Positions 47,897 to 60,430 of a stretch of DNA of 64,000 nucleotides are shown here, one piece after another; within the stretch, counting starts at the first letter, position 1; the number at the start of each line of letters is the position of its first letter. Source of the stretch: Gemmatimonadota bacterium (GTDB lineage Bacteria > Latescibacterota > UBA2968 > UBA8231). The DNA lies in contig JAYOYH010000001.1 of NCBI GenBank assembly GCA_038153405.1, forward strand, positions 32,156 to 96,155, given 5' to 3'. A program made the position numbers and the translations under genes. Below the pieces are notes generated by a model. The model had not been told where the DNA came from, did not search any database, and saw nothing but the letters and a program-made list of their open reading frames with translations.

Positions 47897-47934
47897 TTAT
47901 AATAGAAAAATCCGATTAAGGAGCGAAAAAGAAC

Positions 47935-49566
47935 ATGTTCGGACGAAAATGGAAAAAGGCAGACAAGAGAGAGCGCGTCTATCAGGTTGGGCGGATTTCC
48001 GTCAGCGACAGAGATATCGAGTTGCGGTTGCGCTTTCAGGGACTCACGGAACGGGATCTCGGTGTCATCCTCTCTTGGTCTGATGTACTTCGCCCCAAGA
48101 TTGACGTACTCTGCGATCGCTTCTACGAGCACATCAAGAGCAATTCGGTGACGCAAGACTTTCTCAATCGATTCACGACGGTCGAAAAGCAGCGCCCGCT
48201 GCTCACGCGCTACATCATGACGATGCTGTCCGGCGTAATCGACGACGATTACGTTGAATCCCGTCGCCGCGTCGGCGCGCGCCACAACCAAATCGATTTG
48301 GACTTCAACTGGTACGTGTCGATGTACGAGGTCATTCGCAAGGTGCTGGTCGATCTAGTCAAGGAGTCGGGAGCCAATAACGATGAACTGCATACGTTCA
48401 AAGACGCGCTGGCGCGCCTTATCCAGACGGACGTCGCGCTGGTGAGCAATGCGCTGGCCCAGACGCAGCGCGAATTGAGCAATGTGATCGAGAAGCAGCG
48501 CGACAGCGTCGTGCGCTTTTTTAACGACACGTCTGAGGTGTTGGACAAAATGGCAGACCGCGACCTGTCGATGCGTATGGATGGCACCTACGAAGAAGAG
48601 TTCATGAAGGTGCGCGACGCGTTGAACAGTGCGTTAGATAATCTCGATGAAGGCCTGGCGCAGGTCGCCGTTAGCTCCGACCAAATCTCATCGGCTTCCG
48701 GTCAGATAAGCGACGGCAGCCAGTCTTTGGCGCAGGGGGCCACGCAGCAGGCCTCAACGCTGGAAGAAGTCGCTTCCAGTCTTGAGGAAATCACCTCAAT
48801 GTCCAAGCAAAACACGGCCAATTCTCAGCAGGCCCGCGCCATGGCCGAGGAAGCCGGGCGCAGCACGGACAAGGGGGTCGAGTCGATGAAGCGCCTGTCG
48901 CAGGCCATTGATCGCATAAAGAACTCCTCCGACGAAACTGCGCGCATCGTCAAGACCATTGACGAGATCGCCTTCCAAACCAACTTGCTGGCTCTCAACG
49001 CCGCCGTCGAAGCCGCGCGTGCCGGCGAGGCCGGTAAGGGCTTTGCCGTGGTAGCCGAAGAAGTGCGAAATCTGGCCATGCGCTCGGCTGAGGCGGCCAA
49101 GAATACCGCTGAGATGATCCAAGAGTCGGTGCAGAACTCCTCCGACGGCGTGGCGCTCAACTTGGAGGTGCTCGACAACCTCGAGGAAATTAACAAGCAA
49201 GTGCAGCGCGTGGGCGAGGTCATGGCGGAGATATCGGCTGCTTCTAGTCAGCAGGAACAGGGCGTCGGGCAGATCAGCCAGGGCGTCGGGCAACTCAATC
49301 AGCTGACCCAGCAGAACGCGGCCAACGCCGAAGAGTCGGCTGCCGCGTCCGAAGAGCTCTCTGCGCAGGCCGAAGAGATGCGCTCTCTAGTGCGCGCCTT
49401 CCGCCTCACCGAGGATAGGAGTAGGTCTGCGTCGAAGGCACCTGCTCGGCCCAAGGCGGGCCATGGAAGAGGCGCTGCCCGGTCAAATGGTGCGCCCCGC
49501 AGTCACAATGCTGACGAGTTGATTCCGTTGAACGACGAAGACGAAGACGTATTGAGCGAATTCTGA
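47935..49566 (+). CDS. Soluble globin-coupled methyl-accepting chemotaxis protein (HemAT-like aerotaxis sensor)
   Basis: Sensor globin (GLTERD...DRFYEHI...[16 protein letters not shown]...WY), HAMP-like segment, MCP signature [34 protein letters not shown]. No TM helix; acidic tail ending LSEF. Confidence 0.94.
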   Translation: MFGRKWKKADKRERVYQVGRISVSDRDIELRLRFQGLTERDLGVILSWSDVLRPKIDVLCDRFYEHIKSNSVTQDFLNRFTTVEKQRPLLTRYIMTMLSGVIDDDYVESRRRVGARHNQIDLDFNWYVSMYEVIRKVLVDLVKESGANNDELHTFKDALARLIQTDVALVSNALAQTQRELSNVIEKQRDSVVRFFNDTSEVLDKMADRDLSMRMDGTYEEEFMKVRDALNSALDNLDEGLAQVAVSSDQISSASGQISDGSQSLAQGATQQASTLEEVASSLEEITSMSKQNTANSQQARAMAEEAGRSTDKGVESMKRLSQAIDRIKNSSDETARIVKTIDEIAFQTNLLALNAAVEAARAGEAGKGFAVVAEEVRNLAMRSAEAAKNTAEMIQESVQNSSDGVALNLEVLDNLEEINKQVQRVGEVMAEISAASSQQEQGVGQISQGVGQLNQLTQQNAANAEESAAASEELSAQAEEMRSLVRAFRLTEDRSRSASKAPARPKAGHGRGAARSNGAPRSHNADELIPLNDEDEDVLSEF

Positions 49567-49574
49567 GAGGCGTC

Positions 49575-49703
49575 ATGAGCGGCAGACACTACGCATTCCT
49601 GCTTGCGCGTTTAGCGCATGCGGCGATTAAAGGGGTGGGTATTCTGGGTATCTTTATCGCCGTAGAATACAGCGATGCTTACTTCCAGGAAGGGCTGCAG
49701 TAG
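49575..49703 (+). CDS. Putative 42-aa small hydrophobic protein
   Basis: Hand translation MSGRHYAFLLARLAHAAIKGVGILGIFIAVEYSDAYFQEGLQ; GAGAGG RBS; lies between the MCP stop and its terminator. Confidence 0.4.
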   Translation: MSGRHYAFLLARLAHAAIKGVGILGIFIAVEYSDAYFQEGLQ

Positions 49704-49732
49704 GAAAAGTACGGCGCAGAATAGCTTGACCG

Positions 49733-49768
49733 CGCGGGCACATCGTTCGATGTGCCCGCGTTTTTTTT
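49733..49768 (+). terminator. Rho-independent terminator of the MCP transcript
   Basis: CGCGGGCACATC-GTTC-GATGTGCCCGCG-TTTTTTTT. Confidence 0.93.
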
Positions 49769-49775
49769 ACCCGTG

Positions 49776-53465
<3,690 letters not shown>

Positions 53466-53532
53466 GTGCAAATTGCCGTTTTGATAGGGTTTCAAAGCTA
53501 TTCTAACTACGCCATTTGATCGATAAATGTCA

Positions 53533-53552
53533 ATATCAAGATTTATTGATAT
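53533..53552. promoter_or_regulatory. 20-bp palindromic operator upstream of metH (SahR-like)
   Basis: ATATCAA-GATTTA-TTGATAT, overlapping by 1 nt a minus-strand TTGACA at 53528-53533. Confidence 0.65.
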
Positions 53553-53633
53553 ATATGCCCCTTCGTTTTGATATGCAGGGCGGAGAGAATTGCCTATTTT
53601 AAAGCGCGACCCGCTAAACAACGGAGCGTTGCC

Positions 53634-54227
53634 ATGGTCTACAAGGTCCTGTGTTCGATTGCTGTCCTGTGGTCTGCGGCCGGGGCGCAAACGGTAGAAA
53701 TTGCTTTGCCAGAAGGGGATGCGGCTGCGCTTTACGCAGTGATAGAGCAGGAAATCACCCTTTCTATTCGCGCCGACCTGGCCGGGGTAGGCGGTGTTTC
53801 AGGGCTGGTATTTCACCTTGCCGTGCCCGCCGGATCCTTTGCGTACGAGGCGCCTACACCCTTTCGCCAGGGGGCGCTCTTTGCCGGAGCCACGGAATTT
53901 TCAAACGATGCGCTGCGCGGCGAGAAAGCCATTGGCGGTCCGCCCGGCATGGACGTATTGTCCTATGCCCTCGTTACGGGGCCTGCCGGTCAGCGCGGTC
54001 GCACGGGACGGGGAGAAGTGGCGCGCCTAGTCCTGCGCCCGCTGCGCACCGGCGCGGTGCCGATTGCCTTTGTGCAGTCGCCCGCCTATCCGGGCAACGT
54101 AGTTTTGGACGATGGTATCGGCGAGCGCTCCTTTCAGCACATGCGAGGTATTGAACTGTTCGTCGGTGCCAGCGGCAAGCCGGCTATCGGCGATACGTGG
54201 GCCGCGCTTAAACTGCAGTTTCAGTAG
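53634..54227 (+). CDS. Secreted cohesin-like beta-sandwich protein with C-terminal TWAALK motif
   Basis: Signal peptide (..SAAGA-Q), beta-strand pattern with G.GEVARL.L...G...I.F, and C-terminus [11 protein letters not shown]. Confidence 0.6.
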   Translation: MVYKVLCSIAVLWSAAGAQTVEIALPEGDAAALYAVIEQEITLSIRADLAGVGGVSGLVFHLAVPAGSFAYEAPTPFRQGALFAGATEFSNDALRGEKAIGGPPGMDVLSYALVTGPAGQRGRTGRGEVARLVLRPLRTGAVPIAFVQSPAYPGNVVLDDGIGERSFQHMRGIELFVGASGKPAIGDTWAALKLQFQ

Positions 54228-54239
54228 TCTAATAGAGAG

Positions 54240-54767
54240 GTGAGGACCGTGCGACAGCGACCCGATTGGAAAGAGTATTACATGAACATTGCCATGGCCG
54301 TGCGCGCGCGCGCCGACTGCACGGGCAATCGCGTTGGCGCCATCCTCGTGCAGAACGATCGCATTATCGCCACGGGCTATAACGGGACGCCTCACGATAT
54401 GCCCAACTGCAGCGCGGGTGGATGTCATCGCTGTGCCCATCGCGGCGCCTATGAGTCGGGCAAGGACTACGACCTGTGCATCTGCGTGCACGCCGAGCAA
54501 AATGCCCTGCTTTCGGCTGCGCGCTTTGGCATTGCCACCGAAGGGGCCGTGCTCTACTCGACGATGCAGCCGTGCTTTGGCTGCACAAAGGAAATCATCC
54601 AGGCCAAGATTCGCGGCGTCTACTATCTGCACCCGTGGACCTATCCGGACCCGCAGCGCCAGCAGAGCTACGAGGAACTACTGTCCTACGTGCCCGACGG
54701 CGTGTTGGGACTGCAGATGGAAGATCCCGATGCGGCGTGGGCCGTATCGACGCTGCGGAGGGCCTGA
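54240..54767 (+). CDS. dCMP deaminase (ComEB family)
   Basis: RPDW.EYYM.IA, C....VGA, IIATGYNGTP, HAEQNAL, PC.GC. Confidence 0.92.
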   Translation: MRTVRQRPDWKEYYMNIAMAVRARADCTGNRVGAILVQNDRIIATGYNGTPHDMPNCSAGGCHRCAHRGAYESGKDYDLCICVHAEQNALLSAARFGIATEGAVLYSTMQPCFGCTKEIIQAKIRGVYYLHPWTYPDPQRQQSYEELLSYVPDGVLGLQMEDPDAAWAVSTLRRA

Positions 54768-54897
54768 CGGAGCGCATTGAGGGGCATCAGATCAAATAGA
54801 TCTAAGTGTTTTTGCGGCGTGGAAAGGCGTATAGGAATCTTGGGCAGTATCACCTTTCCCCCTATACTTTCCCCCTCATTGCCACGGGGAGGTCGTT

Positions 54898-56406
54898 TTG
54901 CTGCACGCGTGCGATAGGCGGTCTAGGTGGAGATGGTCCGTCGTCGGTTTACTGATTCAACTTTCGGTATACGGGGCGTGGCCCGTCGATGTGATAGTCA
55001 CCCCGGTGAAGCCGCAGGTCGATGGGGTGTTAAACGAGTGGGGTGCGGCTCGGGCCATCGATATTTCGCCCGCAGGACAGGGCGTCGGTCTGCGCGGGGC
55101 CTTTAACGGCATTGGAGACCACTGGGCATCGGTGCTCTTGATGTGGGATGCCGATTCGCTCTACATCGCCGCCTCGGTGATAGACGATGTGCTCGATCGC
55201 CAGCCCATTGCGGCAGGGGACAACGCGTGGAATGGGCCGGGCGGCGAGCGCAAAGACAAGATGTTCTACTACGACCATCTGAAGGTCTTTCTGCGCGGGC
55301 CCGAGCAGCCGCTGGGTTTTACTATATGGCTTGCACCCAATCAGGCGGATGGCCCGGTACATGCCTGGGGCGGCCAGCAGCGCGGCGCTCCTAGCGCAGA
55401 CCTGCCCCTGCATTTGGCTTCGCTATCGCACGGCGATATCTACAGCTACGAAATGGCCCTGCCCTGGGACTGGCTGCGCATTGTGCCGCGCCCGGACATG
55501 GAGTTAGATGCCCTGTTTTTATTGCCCGATTCGGATGTGCCCGACCTCGAGTTGCGCAAAAAAGTAGCGGACAACAATAAGTGGATCTGGTGGCAGGGCA
55601 AGGTCGTCCTGCGCGGTAAGCCGCCTGGGCTGCGCGAGGTGCCCGAGTCGGATACCGTCGCAGAAATCGCCCAGCAACAGAGCGAAATCGTCGTGCCCAA
55701 GATCGTCGCGCCACCGCGCGAGGAGGTCGAACCCGCGGAAGGGGCCGATGGTCAGGAGGCCGTTGCTGGCAGGGCCGAAGCGTCAAGTGGCCGTTTGCAG
55801 TCCCCGTCGTCCGATATGGCCGATTCCGCAGCGCAATCGCAGGAGGCGGCCGTCGAAGAACAAGCGGTCGCCGTCGCGCCGCCCATCGCCGAACTGCGCG
55901 CCCGCTTGAGTCGCAACTTGCTCGGTCGCTCGGCTGTGAGTTCGGCTCCGGCCTGGGTAGTAGAGGTTGCCGGAAACGAGTTAAAACCGGTCCAGATCGA
56001 TTCGCTCTACTTTCGCTTTGGCCAGACTGTCGAGCGCATATCGCGCGACAATATCAGCAGTCGCAGCGACGGGCTGATTATGGATATGGCCGAGTACGCC
56101 GGCGTTTGGCGCGCTCAGGCGCGCTCGTTTGTCAGGGGCATTCTCGGCGCGGTGCTGGCAGATGTCGAGAGCGAGGGCACGCAAACGCGCGAGGGTATTG
56201 CGCGCGCTGCGGCGCAGACCGATCTGGATGAGGAGCGCGTGCGCGCATTCTTGCGCCACCTGTGCCGCGAGGCACTGAGCGTCTACGAGAAAAACAAAGT
56301 AGCTGCGACGGGTGACTTAGTGGAGAAAGCGCGGCGCAAGGCCGACATCGCGCCGGCAAATATACAGCCCTTGCTGGAAGCGCTGGTCGAGCAGTGGCGG
56401 CACTAG
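54898..56406 (+). CDS. Secreted protein with CBM9-like sugar-binding domain, acidic linker and helical C-terminal region (start uncertain)
   Basis: VDGVLNEW, MWDADSLYIAASVIDD, D.L.VF, YSYEMALPW; E/A/P-rich linker. Confidence 0.65.
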   Translation: MLHACDRRSRWRWSVVGLLIQLSVYGAWPVDVIVTPVKPQVDGVLNEWGAARAIDISPAGQGVGLRGAFNGIGDHWASVLLMWDADSLYIAASVIDDVLDRQPIAAGDNAWNGPGGERKDKMFYYDHLKVFLRGPEQPLGFTIWLAPNQADGPVHAWGGQQRGAPSADLPLHLASLSHGDIYSYEMALPWDWLRIVPRPDMELDALFLLPDSDVPDLELRKKVADNNKWIWWQGKVVLRGKPPGLREVPESDTVAEIAQQQSEIVVPKIVAPPREEVEPAEGADGQEAVAGRAEASSGRLQSPSSDMADSAAQSQEAAVEEQAVAVAPPIAELRARLSRNLLGRSAVSSAPAWVVEVAGNELKPVQIDSLYFRFGQTVERISRDNISSRSDGLIMDMAEYAGVWRAQARSFVRGILGAVLADVESEGTQTREGIARAAAQTDLDEERVRAFLRHLCREALSVYEKNKVAATGDLVEKARRKADIAPANIQPLLEALVEQWRH

Positions 56407-56502
56407 GCGCGTCCGCCTTATTTTCCTGCGCAACGCGCAGGGGATTACATCCAACGCCGCCCGCCTGTGGCGGCTTTTTCGTTTGTCGGAGAGAAGGGAA
56501 GC

Positions 56503-57549
56503 ATGCCCACGTTTAGCAGTGAGTATCTACGGCGCTGTGCGGCAGCCATTTTTACAGCGGCCGGCGCGCCGTCGGCGCGCGCCGACCAGGTGTCCGAACT
56601 ACTGGTTGCGTCTAACTTAGTCGGCCACGATTCGCACGGCATCATACGCGTGCCCCAGTATGTGGCCACCATCGAGCGCGGCGATATCGACCCCCATGCC
56701 GAGATCGCCATTGAATCGGAGACGGACGCTTCGGCCGTGCTCGACGCCAACTGGGGGTTTGGTCAAGTTGCCATGAGCCAGGCGGCCGCTATGGCGGTTG
56801 AAAAAGCTTCGCGCTGCGGGGTCGCTGCACTCACCGTGCGCAACGCCAACCACATCGGCCGCTTGGGTAGCTACGTGGAGGATATTGCACGGCAGGGCAT
56901 GGTGGCACTGCTCTTTGCCAATATGCACGGCGGAGGGGCCTGCGTCGTGCCGTGGGGGGGACGCGAGAGCCGCCTGGGTACCAATCCACTGGCGGCGGGC
57001 CTGCCGCGCCCAGACGGTGACCCGATTGTGTTGGACATGACGACGAGCGTTGTGGCCGAGGGCAAGGTGAGGGTCCAGCGCAACCGCGACGAGCCCGTTC
57101 CCGAAGGCTGGATTATCGACGCGCAGGGCCAGCCGTCGACCGACCCGGCCGCGTTCTACGGCCCACCGCGCGGCGGCATTCTGCCCTTTGGCGGTGCGGT
57201 TGGTCACAAGGGGTATGGACTCGGTGTAATCGTCGAAATCCTCGGCGGCGCTCTGAGTGCGGCCGGCTGTGCGGGCACCGGTTCGCGCAACGGCAACGGC
57301 GTGCTGCTGCTGGTCGTCGATATCGAGCGCTTTGTGCCCATGGACGACTACCTGAGCGAAGTCGGCCAGCTGGTCGAGTTTATTAAATCGTCGCCTCTGG
57401 CCCCCGGCTTTAGCGAGATTCTCGTGCCCGGCGAAATTGAATCGCGCCAGCGCGCCCTGCGCATTGACGGCATCGACGTAGATGAGCAAACCTGGTCGGA
57501 GATCGTCGAATGCGCTCGGCGGTTGGGCGCACCGCTGCCGGCAACGTGA
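56503..57549 (+). CDS. Ldh_2 family (type-2 malate/L-lactate dehydrogenase-like) oxidoreductase
   Basis: GHDSHG, NHIGRLG, LGTNP, LDMTTS, GHKGYGL, VPGE.E. Confidence 0.92.
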   Translation: MPTFSSEYLRRCAAAIFTAAGAPSARADQVSELLVASNLVGHDSHGIIRVPQYVATIERGDIDPHAEIAIESETDASAVLDANWGFGQVAMSQAAAMAVEKASRCGVAALTVRNANHIGRLGSYVEDIARQGMVALLFANMHGGGACVVPWGGRESRLGTNPLAAGLPRPDGDPIVLDMTTSVVAEGKVRVQRNRDEPVPEGWIIDAQGQPSTDPAAFYGPPRGGILPFGGAVGHKGYGLGVIVEILGGALSAAGCAGTGSRNGNGVLLLVVDIERFVPMDDYLSEVGQLVEFIKSSPLAPGFSEILVPGEIESRQRALRIDGIDVDEQTWSEIVECARRLGAPLPAT

Positions 57550-58637
57550 GCGGCGTCGCTGGGGCGGTGGCCTTACTGCAGGAGGGAGTAGACGAGGGCT
57601 TGCATCCCGGCGGCCAACTCTACGTGCAGCGAGCGGGTGCCGTCATCGCCGATCTGGCCGTGGGCGACGTAGGCGTGGACTCGCTGGTGCACTGGTTCTC
57701 CGCGACAAAGCCCTTGGCCGCGGTGGCCATCGCCCAGCTGTGGGAGCGCGGGGCGTTGGGTATCGATGACTGCGTGCACCTTTACATACCTGAATTTGCC
57801 GCACGCGACAAAGGGGATATTACGCTGCGCCACCTGCTCACCCACACTGGTGGGTTTCGCTCGCGCATTGATCTCGAGTTGGGCGACCTTTCTTGGGAAG
57901 ACGCTGTGGCGGGGGTGTGCGATGCCCGCAAGGAGCGCGGCTGGCCGCTGGGGCGCAAAGCCGGTTATCACATCGCCTCCTCCTGGTATGCGCTGGCCGA
58001 AGTCGTCCGGCGCATCGACGGTCGGCCGTTTGACTGCTACGTGAGCGAGGAAATTTTTCAACCGCTGGGCATGGACGATTGCTGGGTCGCTATGCCGGAA
58101 GAACGCTATCGCGCCTATGGGGCGCGCATGGCGGCGGTCTATGTCACCGCGCGCGGCGCGCGGCAGACAGGGGTATGGCATGTGGGTGCAGCGGCGGCTT
58201 CGCGCTGCGTGCCCGGTGCCAGCGGGCGAGGGCCGGCGCGCCAGTTGGCCCGACTGTACGCCGCGCTGCTTGCGGGCGGTGCGCTCGACGGTCAGCGCAT
58301 TCTTTCCGCACAGGCCGTCGAGGCGCTGGTGGCGCGTCAGCGCACGGGTCTATACGATCATACGTTTAAACATACGATGGACTGGGGGCTGGGGTTTGTT
58401 ATCAACTCGGCGATGTATGGGGTCGAAACCGTGCCCTACGGCTACGGGCGCCACGCCGGGTGGCGCACTTTCGGTCACAGCGGCCAGCAAACGGCCGTCG
58501 CCTTTGCCGATCCCGAAGCGGACCTGGTCGTCGCTCTGATCGTCAACGGCATGCCCGGCGCAGAAAAACACCACAAGCGCTTTATCGATATGCTCAGCGC
58601 GCTCTACGAAGATATGGGACTTGTGCCAGACGGATGA
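57546..58637 (+). CDS. Serine hydrolase, beta-lactamase class C-like
   Basis: FSATK (SxxK), RHLLTHTGG, YH, PLGM, FGHSG; GTGA overlap. Confidence 0.9.
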   Translation: MSGVAGAVALLQEGVDEGLHPGGQLYVQRAGAVIADLAVGDVGVDSLVHWFSATKPLAAVAIAQLWERGALGIDDCVHLYIPEFAARDKGDITLRHLLTHTGGFRSRIDLELGDLSWEDAVAGVCDARKERGWPLGRKAGYHIASSWYALAEVVRRIDGRPFDCYVSEEIFQPLGMDDCWVAMPEERYRAYGARMAAVYVTARGARQTGVWHVGAAAASRCVPGASGRGPARQLARLYAALLAGGALDGQRILSAQAVEALVARQRTGLYDHTFKHTMDWGLGFVINSAMYGVETVPYGYGRHAGWRTFGHSGQQTAVAFADPEADLVVALIVNGMPGAEKHHKRFIDMLSALYEDMGLVPDG

Positions 58638-58784
58638 GTTCAGCACGCGCCGGACCCACCGCTTTTGCCGGGTGGATGTGGAGGGGGTAGATCGTCTTCG
58701 CCCGGCGCAATCTTTGTAGCCAACCGCCCTTTTCCCTACATTCCCCAACGGATTTTCCTACGTCGAAGGCCAGAAAGGAGCGAC

Positions 58785-60419
58785 ATGAACGCGGCGGATC
58801 TCTTTGTCAAAGCGCTGGAAGCAGAAGGGGTAGAATACGTCTTTGGCATTCCCGGCGAAGAAAACTTAGATCTGTTAGAAGCGCTGCGTCACTCGCAGCA
58901 GATTCGACTCGTTCTGACGCGCCACGAGCAGGCCGCCGGCTTTATGGCTGCTACCTACGGCCGTCTTACCGGTAAGACCGGCGTGTGCATGGCGACGCTG
59001 GGACCGGGTGCTACCAACTTTGTCACGGCGGCGGCCTACGCGCAGCTGGGTGCCATGCCGATGTTGATGATAACCGGACAAAAACCCATCAAATCGAGCA
59101 AGCAGGGCCAGTTTCAAATCGTCGACGTAGTCGAAATGATGCGCCCGCTCACCAAGTTTACCCGCCAGATCGTCAGCGGCGCCAACATCCCGTCGCGGGT
59201 GCGCGAGGCCTTTCGCCTCGCCGAAGAGGAGCGCCCGGGAGCGGTGCATCTCGAACTGCCGGAGGATATCGCGCGCGAGACGGTCGACGGGCCGCTCTTC
59301 CCGCGCGACCGCGTGCGCCGTCCTATTCCCGAGGAAAAAGCAATTGCGCACGCGGCCGCAATGATCGAGGAGGCTCGCCACCCGCTGCTGCTCATCGGCG
59401 CGGCGGCCAACCGCAAGCGCACCTCGAAGATGCTGCAGCATTTCGTGCAGGAAACGGGTATTCCCTTTTTCACCACTCAGATGGGCAAGGGGGTCATCGA
59501 CGAGCGCCACCCGCTCTTTCTCGGCAATGCCGCCCTTTCCGACAACGACCGGCTGCACTGTGCTATCGCGCGCGCCGACCTAATCATTAACGTCGGGCAC
59601 GATGTCGTTGAAAAGCCACCCTTCTTTATGGAGCGAGACGGGTTTCGCGTAATCCATATCAACTTTTCTTCGGCTTCCGTCGATCCCGTTTACTTTCCCC
59701 AGCTGGAAGTTATTGGCGATATTGGCAATAGCATATGGCAGCTCATGCTGCGCATTGATCCACAGGCGCATTGGGACTTTTCCTACTTCGAAAAAGTTAA
59801 GGCGTGGATCGACGAAGGTCGCGAATTGGGCGGCGACGATGGCTCCTTTCCCATACTGCCGCAGCGCCTAGTCGCCGACGTGCGTCGAGCGATGCCCGAC
59901 GACGGCATCATCTGTTTGGACAACGGAGTCTACAAGATCTGGTTTGCGCTAAACTACCGGGCCCATGCTAACAACACCGTTCTGCTCGACAATGCCCTAG
60001 CGACGATGGGGGCGGGATTGCCTTCGGCGATCGCGGCCCGTCTAGTCTATCCCAATACCCGCGTTATGGCCGTCTGCGGCGATGGCGGTTTCATGATGAA
60101 CTCGCAGGAGTTGGAGACGGCTGTGCGCCTAGAGCTGGATTTGGTCGTGTTGGTACTCAACGACAATGCCTTTGGCATGATCAAATGGAAGCAGGCGGCC
60201 ATGGGATTGGACAATTGGGGCCTCGACTACGGCAACCCCGACTTTGTTAAATACGCCGAGAGCTACGGCGCCCACGGTCACCGCGTGCAGTCGGCCGCCG
60301 ACCTGCTGACGACGCTGCGTGCCTGTTTGGATCAACCCGGCGTGCACTTGGTCGAAGTGCCGATGGATTATGCGGGCAACAACAAGCTGCTCGACCGCGG
60401 CTTGATATGCCCGGAGTAG
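58785..60419 (+). CDS. Acetolactate synthase large-subunit family ThDP enzyme
   Basis: FGIPGEENL, TRHEQ.A.FMA, TLGPGATN, GDGGFMMN...ND. AAGGAG RBS; no small subunit adjacent. Confidence 0.92.
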   Translation: MNAADLFVKALEAEGVEYVFGIPGEENLDLLEALRHSQQIRLVLTRHEQAAGFMAATYGRLTGKTGVCMATLGPGATNFVTAAAYAQLGAMPMLMITGQKPIKSSKQGQFQIVDVVEMMRPLTKFTRQIVSGANIPSRVREAFRLAEEERPGAVHLELPEDIARETVDGPLFPRDRVRRPIPEEKAIAHAAAMIEEARHPLLLIGAAANRKRTSKMLQHFVQETGIPFFTTQMGKGVIDERHPLFLGNAALSDNDRLHCAIARADLIINVGHDVVEKPPFFMERDGFRVIHINFSSASVDPVYFPQLEVIGDIGNSIWQLMLRIDPQAHWDFSYFEKVKAWIDEGRELGGDDGSFPILPQRLVADVRRAMPDDGIICLDNGVYKIWFALNYRAHANNTVLLDNALATMGAGLPSAIAARLVYPNTRVMAVCGDGGFMMNSQELETAVRLELDLVVLVLNDNAFGMIKWKQAAMGLDNWGLDYGNPDFVKYAESYGAHGHRVQSAADLLTTLRACLDQPGVHLVEVPMDYAGNNKLLDRGLICPE

Positions 60420-60430
60420 AGGACGGTTCG

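Noticed and set aside
53466..53633. SAM or cobalamin riboswitch upstream of metH
   Set aside because: The region is short and AT-rich with no recognisable aptamer core; an operator palindrome is present instead.
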